Notes: a model not told the origin generated them from the letters alone. Counted from the first letter of the stretch, positions 36,301 through 50,551 are shown. The stretch: DNA of 64,000 nucleotides from Geosiphon pyriformis uo1 (GCA_016748015.1 JAAOMT010000617.1:974693-1038692); one strand, 5' to 3'. Numbers and translations are program-made.

Positions 36301-39300
36301 AATCCATATCCACCAGTGTTACCACTTATAATTTCTACACTATACTACAGCAATTTGCTTATTGCTGCCCAAAACTAGTATGCATTAATTGTGGCAAGAA
36401 ATTGTCATCAATGGGCACTTGCTGTGGCAATAATAAAGAATACCAGATAGCAACCAAGTTCTACTGTCACTCTTGCATCATAGAACGTTTTGGAAGACCA
36501 AAACGAATGGGAAAATAGGATAATGAGCCATGTTTGGCTTATGGGAAAACTCTTCTTGACAAAAGAATATGGAATGACATTCCTGGGAGGGAGAGAACAT
36601 GTGACAAATTATGTCAATACACAATTCTTATAAGTGACTGGATGAGAAAAGAAACACCTATAGATGCTGCCTGGAGATATGCAGTTAAATGATTAAATGA
36701 ATGTCCACACAATGATGACAAAATTTGGCAAATGGCACTCACCAAAATCAAAGGAGCATCACCAGAAGAAATAAAAACAATTAAAGATAACCTACCTGAA
36801 CCCATAGAACTTGACTGGGACTCAGAACCAGTCATAAATCTACTAGATCCAGAGCAATTCTATGAACACTATTAGGAATTAGCACCCACTAGAGAGGAAC
36901 AAGAACAACAGTTAGAAAAAATCAACACTTGACTATGTAATCATTGTTTGATTCTCTGTAATTTTCAATATTATAATGAGTGTGATCTTATTTACAATTC
37001 ACTGATCCACATAATCTACACAATCCCAGAAGAGAAGGAACCAATCAGCAACTGCACATCAGAATCAAAATCAATTTTCAATCCCAATTCAAACTCTGAC
37101 AATGACGACAACAAAAATAATGATTCTAGCTCTGCTCAAAATAGCAACAATTTTAACTTAAATTCAAACTTTAATTCAAACTCTAAACAATATATTGCAT
37201 TTTTTGATCTCACCAAAGAACAAGAACTTAAATGGTTCAGCAATAATGGCAAGAGTATCATGTCAGAACATACACATGATACTGATGCAGAGTTTAATTT
37301 GAGATATCCAGAGAAGGATGCCATAAAATTGGAATCCCATTCGTGTATCTACATTGATTTCAAAATAGCACTGGAAATTCTAGCAACAACAATGATTCAA
37401 TTAGCATCTAGGAGTGGCTTAGCCAAAAAGAAAATCAACATTAAAGAAGAAATAATTAACGCAGAATACATAGGAAATATTATTGCTATACTACAAAATA
37501 ATTCAGAAAAGGCCTATGTAATAGAGCCAAATGAAAAGATAGCACAGACAATATTTCTGTCTCTGGTAAAAGTAGTTCAGCTAATGTCAGTGGGAAACAG
37601 AGAAGAATTAGGGATCACAGCTAAAAGGATACAGAAATTCAGATCAACAGATAAAATAGATATACCAGTTAATATAACAGAGGAAGAAGTTATTGACAAA
37701 GGAGAAATTATCTCAACCTGTTAATCAATTTCTATTCCATCATATGACCAGTATATGTTAGCCATAAAAAGAGAAGTAAAGAATCAAGCTCAGTTGTTTA
37801 AAGCAGAAGCCACCATTTGTGAAGCAGGAAAGATTGAACTCACTAATCTCTACATATCAGCCAAAAGCCCCAAGAACATTAAAATTCCCATCCACAACAC
37901 AATGGGAAGTGTCATTAAAATACCAAAGGGAACCATCATTGGATATTTAACCACCAAAGTGGAGGATCAACCACTAAACCACATTTCAAATTTTCCACAG
38001 CTTTGCAAATATGTAGACATTATATCACAAACCATTTACAAATAAAGTGAATGTTATTTGCTCCAACCAGAACAATTGGAACAGATAAACATGGGAAATT
38101 TAGACTCACTCCAACAGATGCAACTAAGGATGTTACTCAGCAATTTCAATAACATCTTTGCCAGCAAAAATGAATTTGGCCACACCAACATTATTCAACA
38201 TCAAATTAAGACTGGAGATGCAATGCCAATTAAACAAAGAGCATAAAGAGTACCACCAGCTAGTCATGAAATCATTCATCAAAAAATCAATCAAATACTT
38301 AACAATAGACTAATTTAGTCATTAATGAATCCATGGTTGTCACCAGTAGTATTAGTCAGAAAGAAAAATGAGAAAATCCACTTTTGTGTGGATTACTAGA
38401 AACTGAATAGAGTAATCAAAGAAGACAGCTATCCAACTCCAAAGATCCAAGAACTATTTGACACTTTTGGAGGAAATAAATGGTTCTTAACACTAGATTT
38501 AGATAGTGATTACTGGCAAATAACCATGAATTCAGCCGACAAAGAGAAAACAGCATTTACCACAAGAGAGGAAAATTTTGAATTTGAAGTTATGCCATTT
38601 GGCTTGATGAATGCACCAGCAACATTTCAACAGCTTATGGAAATTGTTTACACAGGATTACTGTGGAAATTAGTAGTTGTTTACTTAGATGACACAAATA
38701 TGTTCTCAAAAACATTTAATAATTATCTGCATCATCTTTAACAAGTGTTTGAAAGATTAAAAAGAGCTGAATTAAAACTAAATGCAACCAAATGTTTTTT
38801 TAAAAAAACTGAACTCAAGTTTTTGAAACATGTTATGAGCAAAAATGGAATCAAAACAGATCCAAACAAGATTGAAATTGTCAAAAACTTTCCAGTACCA
38901 AATAATCTCACAGAATTGAGAGCCTTCTTGGGATTTGCTGGATACTACTGCCACTTCATTAAAGACTTTTCCAAAATAGCTCAACCACTATACCAGCTCC
39001 AAATGAAGAACACCAAATATGCATGGACAGAAATCCAACAAAAAGCTTTTAATACATTAAGAAGAAAGCTTATTCAAGCCCCAGTACTGATCTATTCAGA
39101 TTATAGCAAATCATTTATAATTACAACCAATGCATCTGGTCAAGCATTGGGAGCAGTACTATCACAAAAAGGACTGGATGGAAGAGAATATTCAGTAGCT
39201 TATGCCAGTAAAAGCTTAAGTCCAGTGGAAAAAAACTATAGAACTTCAGCATTGGAACACTTAGCTATCTATTGGGCTGTCATCAAGTGGAAAAAATACT

Positions 39301-40897
39301 TGAGTCAAAAGTTTAAGGTGTACACTGATCACAAGGAATTGACTTCAATTTAGAAGCAAGAATTTGGAGATGACTACCATGTCAGATAAAAAATAGAACT
39401 TTCACCATTTAATTATACAGTACATTATAAAAAAGGAAAAGACAATGGAAATGCCAATGGATTGTCGTGAATGAGACAAATCTAAAAACATTTCAATCCA
39501 AAAATATAACAAAAGATGAATATACAAAAATACCAATAACTCCAACATTATATAAATACCCAATTGTTCAAGGAGAAATTATCTCAAAAGGAACAAAACA
39601 ACTTCAAACAACAATTAAAATATTTTATCAATCACCAAAATATACTTTACCAAAAAAACAAAAAAAATCCAGATCAATCAACCAGAGTAATCACAGAACC
39701 AAAGAAAGAGACAATATTGTTCAATATGCATTCAGATCTAACAGCAGGACATTTTCATAAAGAAGCAACCATGGAAAAAACTAGGAAAAGATACTATTGG
39801 CCATCAATGTATTCAGACATCATCCAGTATGTTCAAAATTGTGATGCTTGTCAGAGAAGAGAAAGAACAAGACCCAGTGAACCATTGAGACCAATCAAAG
39901 TGAGACAACTATTCAATCACATTGGAATTGACTTAGTTGGACCATTAACAATTACCAGCAAAAACAACAGATATATTGCAGTAGTCATGAACTACCTCAC
40001 TAAATGGCCAGAAGCAAAAGCCATTCAAAGAGCAGATGCAGAATCCGTTGCCAAATTCATCTACCAAGATTTAATCTGTCAACACTGATGTCCAAAAGAA
40101 TTATTATCTGATCAAGGAATTCACTTTGTGAATAGAACATTAACAAAATTAAGTCAGAGATTTGGAATAAAAAAACCATTATTATTATTATACCATCCAC
40201 AAACAAATGAGTTAGTTGAAAGATTTAACAGAATATTGGGTAAAGCAATTGCCAAAATCAGCCAAGAAAATCAAAAAGAATGAAATTTGTTTATACTATT
40301 AGTATTATTTGCTTATCAAACAATGAAGCAAGATACCACACAAGCAACACCATTTGAATTAATATATGGTAAAACAGCAACATTACCAGTTGAGATAGAG
40401 GTCAATACATATCCAACTGAACCAATAACAGAAAATAATTTCCAAAAAACATTGTTGAAAAGAACATATGACTTAATGAAAACACTAGAAAACAGATGAC
40501 AAAAGCAGCTGATAACATCCAAAAGTCACAAGAAAAGCAAAAAGAACAACATGATAACCAACTACCAGATAAACCAGTTGAATTCAAGATTGGAAACAAA
40601 GTACTATTACATTATACCAAAGTGGAAAAACAATAGAGTGGAAAATTTGACTCCAAATGGGATGGACCATTTCACATAAAAGAAATTCTAGGAAATGGAG
40701 CTTATAAATTAAGATGGAATAACAAAATTTTAGCCAAAGCAGCACATAGTAATCGACTGAAACCATATTACCAGATAGCATTATCAATCACCAATAATAT
40801 TCCACAACTGGGAGTACAAAGAATACTAGTTCAACCAGATGAGATTCCATGAGATCTAAAACCAATCATAGTTATTGAACCAAACACGTCAAATTGA
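33343..40897 (+). pseudogene. Gag-Pol polyprotein of Gypsy-2
   Basis: gag, CHYCGKQGHLKIDC knuckle (about 35035), protease LILNRGSASSII (about 35730), Cys-rich region, dUTPase, RT VMPFGLMNAPATFQ...VYLDDT, RNase H TNASG...YTDH, integrase HHCC (HSDLTAGH...CDAC), IGIDLVG and WDGPF. Confidence 0.93.
37225..37655 (+). other. dUTPase domain in Gypsy-2 pol
   Basis: HDTDAEFNL, ASRSGLA, IINAEYIGNI, EKIAQTIF. Confidence 0.85.
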
Positions 40898-41177
40898 ACA
40901 ACCAAAAGAGTATATAAAAACACAGTACATGTGACAAAAGCAACCAAAAAAAATAGAAATACCAGATCATATTTACACTATAGCTTAACAATTGTTTTAA
41001 GTCTTAAGTGAACAATAGTTAAATATGGAAATTGTTATTAACAACCAAATAATTTGCTATCAAAACACCCAAAAAAAGACAAAAAATACACCATATTAGT
41101 GGTCACCAAAGAATGATAAAAACTGAACAGATAATTTAATAAAAAAAATAAAGAACACTTTTGAGAAAATACCTATT

Positions 41178-41588
41178 ATGGTATTAACAGAGGAGCTTAC
41201 AAAAAAAAATTGGAAGCAATAGACAGAACAACTTCCAATATCATATTACTACTACCAGTTAGGTCAAAAGTTGAATATTCAGGAGTTGTATATCGACAAA
41301 TCCAAGAGAATATTCAACCAAAACATAATACAACAAATTGAAAAATTTATCAGAAAGAAAACAAATTCAACACTACATGTGAAAACAATGTACTGACTAT
41401 ACAACATATTTCAGAACTATCCAAAAATACTGTTACATTCTGACATAGAAACTATAACCATTAATTAATGGGGAAGAATAAACAATACACAAGTAGAAAA
41501 TGTAAGAAATAAAGTCGAACAAATAATACTTAAAAAAGAAGTATTAGAATTAATTCAAAACAAAGATTTTGATAGAGCTCAATATTAA
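41178..41588 (+). pseudogene. ORF3 of Gypsy-2, unknown function
   Basis: EQLPISYYYYQLGQKLNIQELYIDKSKRIFNQNIIQQIEKFIRKK...KTMY*LYNIFQNYPKIL...DFDRAQY*. The stop codon abuts the PPT. Confidence 0.72.
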
Positions 41589-41602
41589 AAAGGAGGAGAT
41601 AA

Positions 41603-42403
41603 TATTACTCAAAGAAAACAGATATAGGAAAATAGTAGACCAATAAGAGAGTAATAGTTAGCACATAAGCACATTGCTTAGCAATGTGGAGCAATGTCAG
41701 AAATCATGACATATTGCTCAACAATGTGAGCATTGCTTAAGAAATTATAGCACATCACTCAAGAATGTGAGCAATCTTGTAGAACCTAAATTATGTATAT
41801 ATAGTGGTAACATTAAAAGTAGAAAAAACAGACCTTCTAGTTTAGATTTCATCTAAGCAACTTTCTAATTCACAAATATCAATAAATAATTATTTACTAT
41901 CTCAATCTATTCTCCACTATCAACATTTCATGTTGATAGTAATTGATACTTAAACCATGCTGGAACAATAGCTCTTGATTACAGCTATTGACAAGATACT
42001 AATTTGCAATTGCTTTTACTTGTTTCTTTATTTTTTTGTATTTTTTTTTTTCTTTTGTTATTTCTTTGGGTTTTACTAAATTGATTAAGGATTAAGCACT
42101 AAAATACAAATGTCATAGGGACTGGTAAAAGACCTGTGAAACAAGAGTAGAACACTCATAGATTTGAGAATAGCTTACCAAAAAGATTACTGGTCACTAT
42201 GCTGAGAAAAAAATTTGACAAAACTGTAGTTTCGGGAAGCTACGGATAAAATCATCAATTAAATCTCTGTCCATTATACAAAAAACTCTACAACAAAACC
42301 TTCAGATAAACCACACCTTCAGATATCAACACCAGAATACCAACCAAGCACCAAGTTACGGATTTGTTATTTGATTTGAGACTCCAAATAATCATCTGTA
42401 ACA
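41603..42403 (+). repeat. 3' LTR of Gypsy-2
   Basis: Direct repeat of 32519-33280, preceded by the PPT. Confidence 0.95.
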
Positions 42404-45400
42404 TCATCTTGTCAAACATGTATTACAAGTAGAATGTTATGGTCAGGAAGGGCCTTAAGACTAAAGCATATTTGCCATGTAATTTTTCTAGTGAAACTTT
42501 GCATTATTCATCATTATATGGTCTGAAATCTTTTGAGCAAGTGCAATTAGAAGGCAAATCTGCTGCTGTGGTCTCATTTTCTAATACTCCAAACATTCTT
42601 GGTTGTTTGTTTCATTATAAGTTTTTGGACTTGCAAGTTTTAGGCTGGACTTCTTTAAATTTTTTGCAGTTTCCTGTTAGATTGCTTGTTAGTCCTGTAA
42701 ACAATTTTCTGGCTGGTATGGTTAAGATTTTTTTAAGCAATAAGCTTTCTTTGATGAACAATTTGCCTAATGCTTTTCATAGTTTTGGTGTTTTTTCTAT
42801 GTTATCAATTCTTAAGAAGACTTTGTATCTTAGTTTTGTTTGTTCCTTAAAGTGTTTTGGGGTAACTTATGATAATAGACTTTTTGATAGAAAAGGCTGT
42901 GTGATGAATTAGAAAACCTTCTATTGATAGAAAAAATTGAATCCTAGAGGCTTTGTTCTTTTTTGGTTTGAGATTACATTAAAATTTTTGTATAATAAGA
43001 GTTCTTTGCTGTCTATTTTACCTGTGCTTACTTAGCCAGTTAGCTTGGACATTTTGGACTTTAGAAAGTTTGCTGATGTGTAGAATAGTTTACATGATAT
43101 TTGGTCTGGTTTATTTGAAGTGTACACAGATAGTTCACTGAAGAATACTGGTTCTGCTGGTGTTATTTGTAGTGCTGCTACATATTTTCTAGCTTTAGAT
43201 ATGAGTGTTAGTGTTAAAGTTTGCAGTCTGGTATTTTTCACTATGGCTGAGTTGCAGACTGTTGCTTTGTCTTTGGAGTGTGTTCTATTGTCTTGTTCTT
43301 TGGTTTTGTATCTTGACAACCAAGCTGCTATTAATACATATGTGTTAAAAGTGTTGTTTGCTGTGCCAGATTTTTGTAATTAATGCTAGATTGAGAAAAA
43401 GCATATTAGTAATTTAATTAGAGATAAAGATCTCACAATGAGTTGGATTAAGATTAAAGATTATTCTAGAATTTGTGGTAATATAAAGACAGACACTGCT
43501 GCAGATGTGACTACTGGTTCTCCTTTTTTTTGCCAGTAGGGGTGTAAAAATGTTTTTTGGTAACTAAAAACATTATTATATTTGACAATGCTCATCATTT
43601 TATCAGGAACATTTTTAGGTCTGTTTGTCATGCTCATTAAAAGACTGGCTCTAGTCATAATGTGGTTCCTAATACATTAATCAAGGATATAGATTGGAAT
43701 TTTACCACAAAAGTTTGGCACCCTAATTCACACATGTTTACTGGTTTTACTAGTCAAAAGTCATCTAATCTTTATATATACTTGATAAAAGCTGTATACA
43801 AGCAGTTACTAGTGATTATTAAAAAGAAATTATATGATAAAAAATATCTTAGTATACTGTATTTGCTGTATAGTAAGATAAAGTTGTCAGATCATGTTTT
43901 TACTTGTGCTTAAGATATTGATGTTTGGAAAAAGATTTTGGCTAAAGCCTTTACATGATAAGTTGCTTTGGCAGATGCTCTCAGTTTGTCTTTTTTTGTT
44001 GTTTTAAAGGTGCTCTTTTATTGTTTATTGGATGTTAAAACTTATGCAGTTGTGTGCAAAGAGTTTGTGTTAAAGAATTAGTATATGGAGACTATTGGAA
44101 TTTTTGATGGTAGGAAAGAAGCCACCTTTGCTGTTGTTGATTTTGTGAAATATCTGGTAGAGTTGCATTGTTTTAAGGCCTGGCTGGCTAGATCTAAGTT
44201 TAGAGTTAATATAAAAAAGACTGGTCTGGTTGGAAATGGCAGTGTGATATCTGGTTTGTCTTATAGTTTGGCATTGATACTATTAGATGATGTGATTAGA
44301 ATGCTTAGTATTATTAAGTTCTTTGCTATTAGTTTTGGCTATTGTAGACCATGCCTTTTTTTTTGGTCTAGATTATGATATCAGTGTTAATATAAGTATG
44401 TAGTATTGTCTTATTTGGTCTAAATAACTAGTTACATATAGTAAATATATGAGTTATGTTTAGTTTGAGCCACTTAGTTTGGTTCTATATACTAAATAGT
44501 AGTTGGGCTTTACTTAATAAATGTTTTATTAAAAAAAAAAAAATATTGTTTTATTAAAAATGCTTTTATTATTAAAAAACCTAAATTTTTAAAATTTAGT
44601 TTTTTAGTAAATTGAATTTATTGTCTTATTTTTGCATAAAAAACTTGTAATTAATTCTATTTAATTAGTGTTTTATTGTTTTTATTATAATAATATATAT
44701 TATTTTACAGATTTTTTGATATTAAAAAGTTTTTAAAATATAAAAATTTAAATATTATTAAAATATATATAAATAGTTTTCTCAAAAATTTTGGTTTATC
44801 TAAAATTATTATGGTATTGCAGATTTTTTTGTTAATATATATTTGAATATAAATATAAAATTTATAGTTAAGTATTTTTAATTTTGGTTAAATTGTAAAT
44901 TATTTTATTTATTTTAAAATACATTTTAATTTTTAGTGTAATTACAATATATAGATAATTAAACTGTTTTATATGTTTATATTTTAAAATTTAGTCTTTA
45001 TAATACCAGATTTTTATAATTATTGTTAATTAAAAAATAGTTTATAATCAATTTAATTAATAATAAAAATTTTAAAATTTTTAGTTTAAAGTAAAAAACT
45101 ATTTAATTAATAATATTATTTTTTTAAATTTTTTGTTTTATTATTTAATGTATAAAAATTTTATTAAATCTAATAATATGATAATTTTGTTTATTATGAA
45201 AAGTTAATCTTAATATAAATATTAATAATAATTATATATTATTTAATATAAATAAGATTTATATTTTTTTAATATAATATTTAAATAAACATATAATATC
45301 TGATTTTATAAGTATATTTTAACTAATTTATATATTTACTTTATAAAAATAATTATATATGAAAATTTATATAATAAATTTTATTTTAGTATTTAATATT

Positions 45401-45871
45401 TTTATTATGATAAAATAAAAATTTTAGATTATTTTTTTACATATAAAATAGATATATATAATAATATTTTAGTAATTTAATTTAATCTCTAAAAATCTAT
45501 AATAAATACAAATATTTTGTTATTTTTAATATCATAATTACTGTTTTTAAATACATATAATAATAAATATAGATATAACTTTTTGTAAAAATATTGTTTT
45601 AAAGAATAATTATATAAAGTGTTTTTGGTATTTAACAATATTTAATTGGTGGTTTCTAATTTAATTGGTTTTATTTATTAATTAACAGTTGTTTATTAAA
45701 TAAAATATAATTAATTCAATCTAAATTTTGAATTAATTTTTTTTTTATTAACTTTTAACAAATAAAGCCCAAAAGCCACTTAGTGCAATACATTAAACTA
45801 AGTAATCTAAACTAGGCACTAATCATGCACTTTCTACACATGACCAGCCACTTGGACCAATCAGAGCAACA

Positions 45872-48800
45872 CTATGCATCTATTAGAATGGAAACCATAC
45901 CACCTATGCCAGAAAAGAAACAGCAATGTTTACAAAAACCAAAGCAGACACCAACTGCCTCAGCAATCCCAAGCAACCTAATCACTTCAGCAGAAAACAT
46001 ACATAACAAACCATGAGTTACAGAATATACAGAATCATCAAGTAGAATTAAACTATTTTTTTCCATCAAAGCCCTATATTTAGCTCTAACCAACCAAATA
46101 TCCATGCAGTGAGCAGCATCCAAATCTCAAACAAAATTAACAATAAATCTTTCCACAACCTTAACATCACCCAGAATGAATGAAGCTTTCTGAACCCAAT
46201 CTTTGAACACAAAACTTTTACCCACAGTGGTATACAACACATCATCAGATGTACACAGAGAGAGCATCTGTGAAACATGAGATGAATGTAAGCCCAATTT
46301 AGAAACACAATGCCACTTGGCCAAATAAGACCTGAGAATGCTTTTACAGGCATTAGAGTCGAATGTACAAACAAAAAAGTGATCGGAACTTTCCATTTTA
46401 CCACAGTACAGACATGAGACATTCGAATATATTTTACTATACAAATGCTTCTATATAGCAACTGGGAGACAACATGGAGGGCCTTTAAAAAATAAGAGTG
46501 CAAACTAGTCATAGATTTACTGGTAAAGCCAGTTGCCATATGAGAGTTAGGGTGCCATACCAAAGCAGTATGAAACCAGTCCATATTACCAAGTAAACTA
46601 TTATCAATAATATCAAAACCAGGACCAATCTCTCAATGAACACAATTAACAGACCTGAAAATCTCATGAGCAAAATGATAAATGTTCTTAGACACTACCA
46701 CTCTACCAGTCTTGATAAATCTCTCCTTAACCAAAACAAGAAGTGCCAAAAAAGAGTTTGCAGCCAGACTGACTAGCTTATTAGCATGCTCATTACTTAT
46801 AACACCCAAGTGTCTTTTTACCTTATGCCAAGAAACATCTAACCACTTTCTCCTAATTAAATTGATAATGCCATGCTGCTCTATCTAGCAACAGTTGCAG
46901 AAATCTGAAGACACCAAAACAGATTCAGCCACACATGCATCCAAAACAGCCTGACTGTTTGAATAAACCACCACTGAACTGTCAGGAGAAACACACTCCA
47001 AAGCCAAAGCAATTGCTTGCAGTTCCGCCATAGTTGAAAATACCAATTCACCAACCTTAGTACCAATACTCAGATCCAGATCTGAGAAGTAAGCAGCAGC
47101 ACCACACTTCATTCCACATGAACCCAAATTTCTCAACAATCTATTAGTGTAAACACTAACAACTCTCATATTCACAGAAGAGAGACACTAGTCCAATCTG
47201 GAAACTGCACCTGAGCTGCAAACATCTATGGCCTGTACACCTTCAACATGTAAATCATCAGAAATAGAAGATCAATCCAAAAAGTTACAAACCAAAGTGA
47301 ACCAAAGAAGGACAGAGCCCCTTGGATCAAGTCTTTTCCAATGACAAAAGGTTTTCCAATCGAAAATCAAACCATTTTTGGTATATAACTGCTTGGCAAA
47401 GACGACCCCAAACTTTTTAAGAAAAGAAAAAACATGATAAAACAAAGAAGCTTCCAGGACTGTAGATATCGGTCTCCCACTAGAAAAGCAGAATGCAGAA
47501 ACAGAGAGATTGTCAAGAAACATATCATAGTCCAAAAAATTCTAATGACATCTGCCAAAAAATTATTGACTGGACTGATACGCAACCTAATCGGATGACA
47601 TAAAAGATGAATAGGTGACCAACCCAAAATCTGAAGATCCAGAGATTTATAATTAAACAAACAACCAAGAACACCACCAGCATTTGAGAAACACAACACA
47701 GAAGCCACTTTGCACTCAGTCTGCAATTGCTCAAAAGATTTCAAGCCATACAAAGAAGGATAGTGAAAAGCCTTATTGGGAAAGTCTTTTGGAAGACCAG
47801 CCTTAAGTCTCAACTCCCTTCTGATCAACATATCTCACTTCGTACACACATTCCTAGAAATAAAGTTGAACTGAGTCCTATAATTGACAATGGATTGTAA
47901 TACAGCTAACACTAGATACAAAAACTGCTTGTCTGAAATAGTTTTTTTAAGAACCAAATTGACAAAAAATCTGACATTCATATGCACCTTAGCCAAACTG
48001 GATTTGGACAAACCCTCAGATAACAAATAAATACTAAGGTATTAATGAGACTCCTTCCTGCAAGCAATTGAAATTGGCAGACCACTAATTAACAATGATG
48101 CATTACTAACTCTCTGATTGATAGGAATAACAACAGTTTTCTTATTATTGATAGAAATGTTGTTCACTCTGAAAAATTCACTTGCTGTGTCTAAAATATA
48201 CTGAGTGGCAGTCTGACTGCTATTCACCCAAATAGTATCATTTATAAATGCACTAGCAGCCAGAAACAAAGTCAAACTGTCTTGGTTTTCTATTCTACCT
48301 GTTCTAGCTACAAATTTAGTATCAATTTGGTATTCACACAAACTTTTCTGTCTCTTGACCTTACACAAAAGGAGGTCATAAAAGATCCTTCACAGCAAAG
48401 GAAAGAAAACTTCATCCTAATCAAGACTATCATGTACCCAATACTTATTAGTTAGACCAAAATCAGTTATAATCTGATTAACACGGTTATTGTGAATAGA
48501 ACCAAAAAATTTAATAAAATGTTTGCACATTTTGATCTAAACCAAACTATTATGCAAGTGATGCCAACCCACAAAGTCATAGGCTTTTCACATATCTTGT
48601 AGCACAAGCCAAAGTTCATAATCCTTCTCCAAAGTGTCTTTAACAACCAAACCAATGACAAAAATAGAAGACTGAATAGTAGTGCCCTTAAGCACAGAAA
48701 AATTGTCCTCATGAAGTACATTGAATAGACCACATGTTGACAAAATTCTGTTAGACAACAACTTAGAAAGAATCTTATGAGCAGTTTCAATTAAAGCTAT

Positions 48801-50551
48801 TGGTCTAGTATTTGTTAAGACACTCTCCCACTTATAAGGCTTGAGAATTATTGACACCCAAGCTTCTTTCTAACAACAGGAAACTAACTCACATACCAAA
48901 CAAATATTCAGAAGATCCAGAAGCAAGCCTAGCACAGAATTATCACAATGTTTCCAAAGTTTATTTGAAATGCCAAACAAGCCAACAGCTTTATTATCTG
49001 GTAAATCCTTAATCACACATGTCAAGTCATCCAAACTGATAGCATTTATCACATCAGAAAAAGCATTATTGTCAACATAATCCAACAGCAGGTATTAACA
49101 CTGTCACAAATCAGGAACACATTTTAGCATGGCCTTCTTTCTCGTCCAGCCCTCCATTATACTATCCACTTTATTCTTGACATCTACTGGATCCAAAATC
49201 AAACTGCCCTCAGAAACCAAATAATCCAACACCATTTTGTGAAATGAACATTCCAAAACACTATGGATTGTATGGCTTTTATCAACCACAAAACTTTCTA
49301 TTCTTCTTTCAATAGCTGATCTAATGCCTGACTCCTTGGCTTGCAAAAATTTGGCAAGCTTAGAGACATGATAAGACCTCCTCACACCACAAAAAGCAGA
49401 ACAGACACAATTCAAACTCGCACCAGAACTTATAAGATCCCAAACAACAGAAGCTTTGTCACTATTTATAGAAACCCAGCATTTCAACAAAGACTTAAAC
49501 CTGCCAGAGTCTACCTTGCAAGAAGTCTTGACAATTTTCGAAACCAAAATCTCCAAGTTATGAAACTTGGAAAACTCTTTGGTAAACACTCTATCATAAC
49601 CCTTAAACCACTTCTTTTTAAAAGCACCATTAGCTAAAAAGATTATTACTTTATAAACAATATCTCACATAGCATCCAGATCAGAGAACTTCCTGGCTAA
49701 CCCAAACTCATCTAAGAACATGGCAGCATTGGCTGCAGTAGCATCCTTAAATTCACTCCATTTTGCTTTATCTGTACTTTTGACATCAAACTTCCAATAA
49801 TTTTTATTTGCTTGCTTGCATATTGAACTCAAATAGATATCAAGCAAACCACCCAAATCCACAGAAGCATAAACAGCTTTGTGATTGGTATTAAAATAGT
49901 CCTCAACATTAGTCATACTACCATCTATTACAGCATTAACCAAACATAAAGAAACAAGAATGTAATTGAGAGCTTTAGTGACACCATGAAAATTGGTTTA
50001 CATAGACATCTTGACAAACAAACTTTCTCTTAGAAAATTAACTAAACCCAAATCAAAGCACTTCTTGAAGCTAGCACACTTTCGGGTCCTGTCTTCATTG
50101 AAATCACCACCCAAAATAATGAAGAAGGACTCATTCACTGTCTTTGCAATAAGAGAGTTGATTTCACCAGCCTGAGAAAACCGAACTACTGATGAAGCAC
50201 CAGCATAGAGTCTCAAAATTGACACAGAAAGATTATTCTTGAAGAGTAACTTGAGAGAAAGGAGTCAACCAGAAATCTCAGAAACCTTACATACATGTCT
50301 TGTCAAAAAATTGTTCATAATAATTGCAACACCAGAACCCAAATGACCAGAGTCCAAATCAGAAGTGAAAACCCAAACACCATCAAATTTATTCATGATC
50401 CATGGGTGGGTTTTGCCCCTCAACTTAGTCTCAGTAACAATAGAAATCAAATTGTTCATCTCTTTATGCCAATGAATTATATCATCCTGTTTCATAAGAT
50501 TATTAAACCCTTAACATTGTATGTAGCAATCTTTTAAACTAGACTAGTTAT
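45872..50551 (-). pseudogene. LINE-D ORF2 (APE-RT-RNase H-ZnF), disrupted
   Basis: VTETKL, LGGDFN, NTNHKAV, TRPIALIE, AFINDTIWV, AELQAIALAL..YSNSQA, CLYCGKMESSDHFFVC. Confidence 0.92.

Larger units (their letters stand above)
32519..42403 (+). mobile_element. Ty3/Gypsy LTR retrotransposon (Gypsy-2), full length, degenerate
   Basis: LTRs 32519-33280 and 41603-42403. PBS 33281-33299. PPT AAAAAGGAGGAGA at 41587-41599. Flanks TTGT and TCAT are consistent with a decayed TCGT TSD. Confidence 0.95.
31788..44543 (+). mobile_element. 5'-truncated LINE copy (LINE-C) split by Gypsy-2
   Basis: 31788-32518 is RT (MYKAYNLVN..). ORF2 resumes at 42408 (MVRKGLKTK, RNase H VYTDSSLK, AELQ). 3'UTR from 44401 and poly(A) at about 44531-44543. 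Confidence 0.9.

Noticed and set aside
40770-41588. env gene or chromodomain after integrase
   Set aside because: No signal peptide, transmembrane helix or chromodomain aromatic-cage pattern. Reported instead as unknown ORF3.
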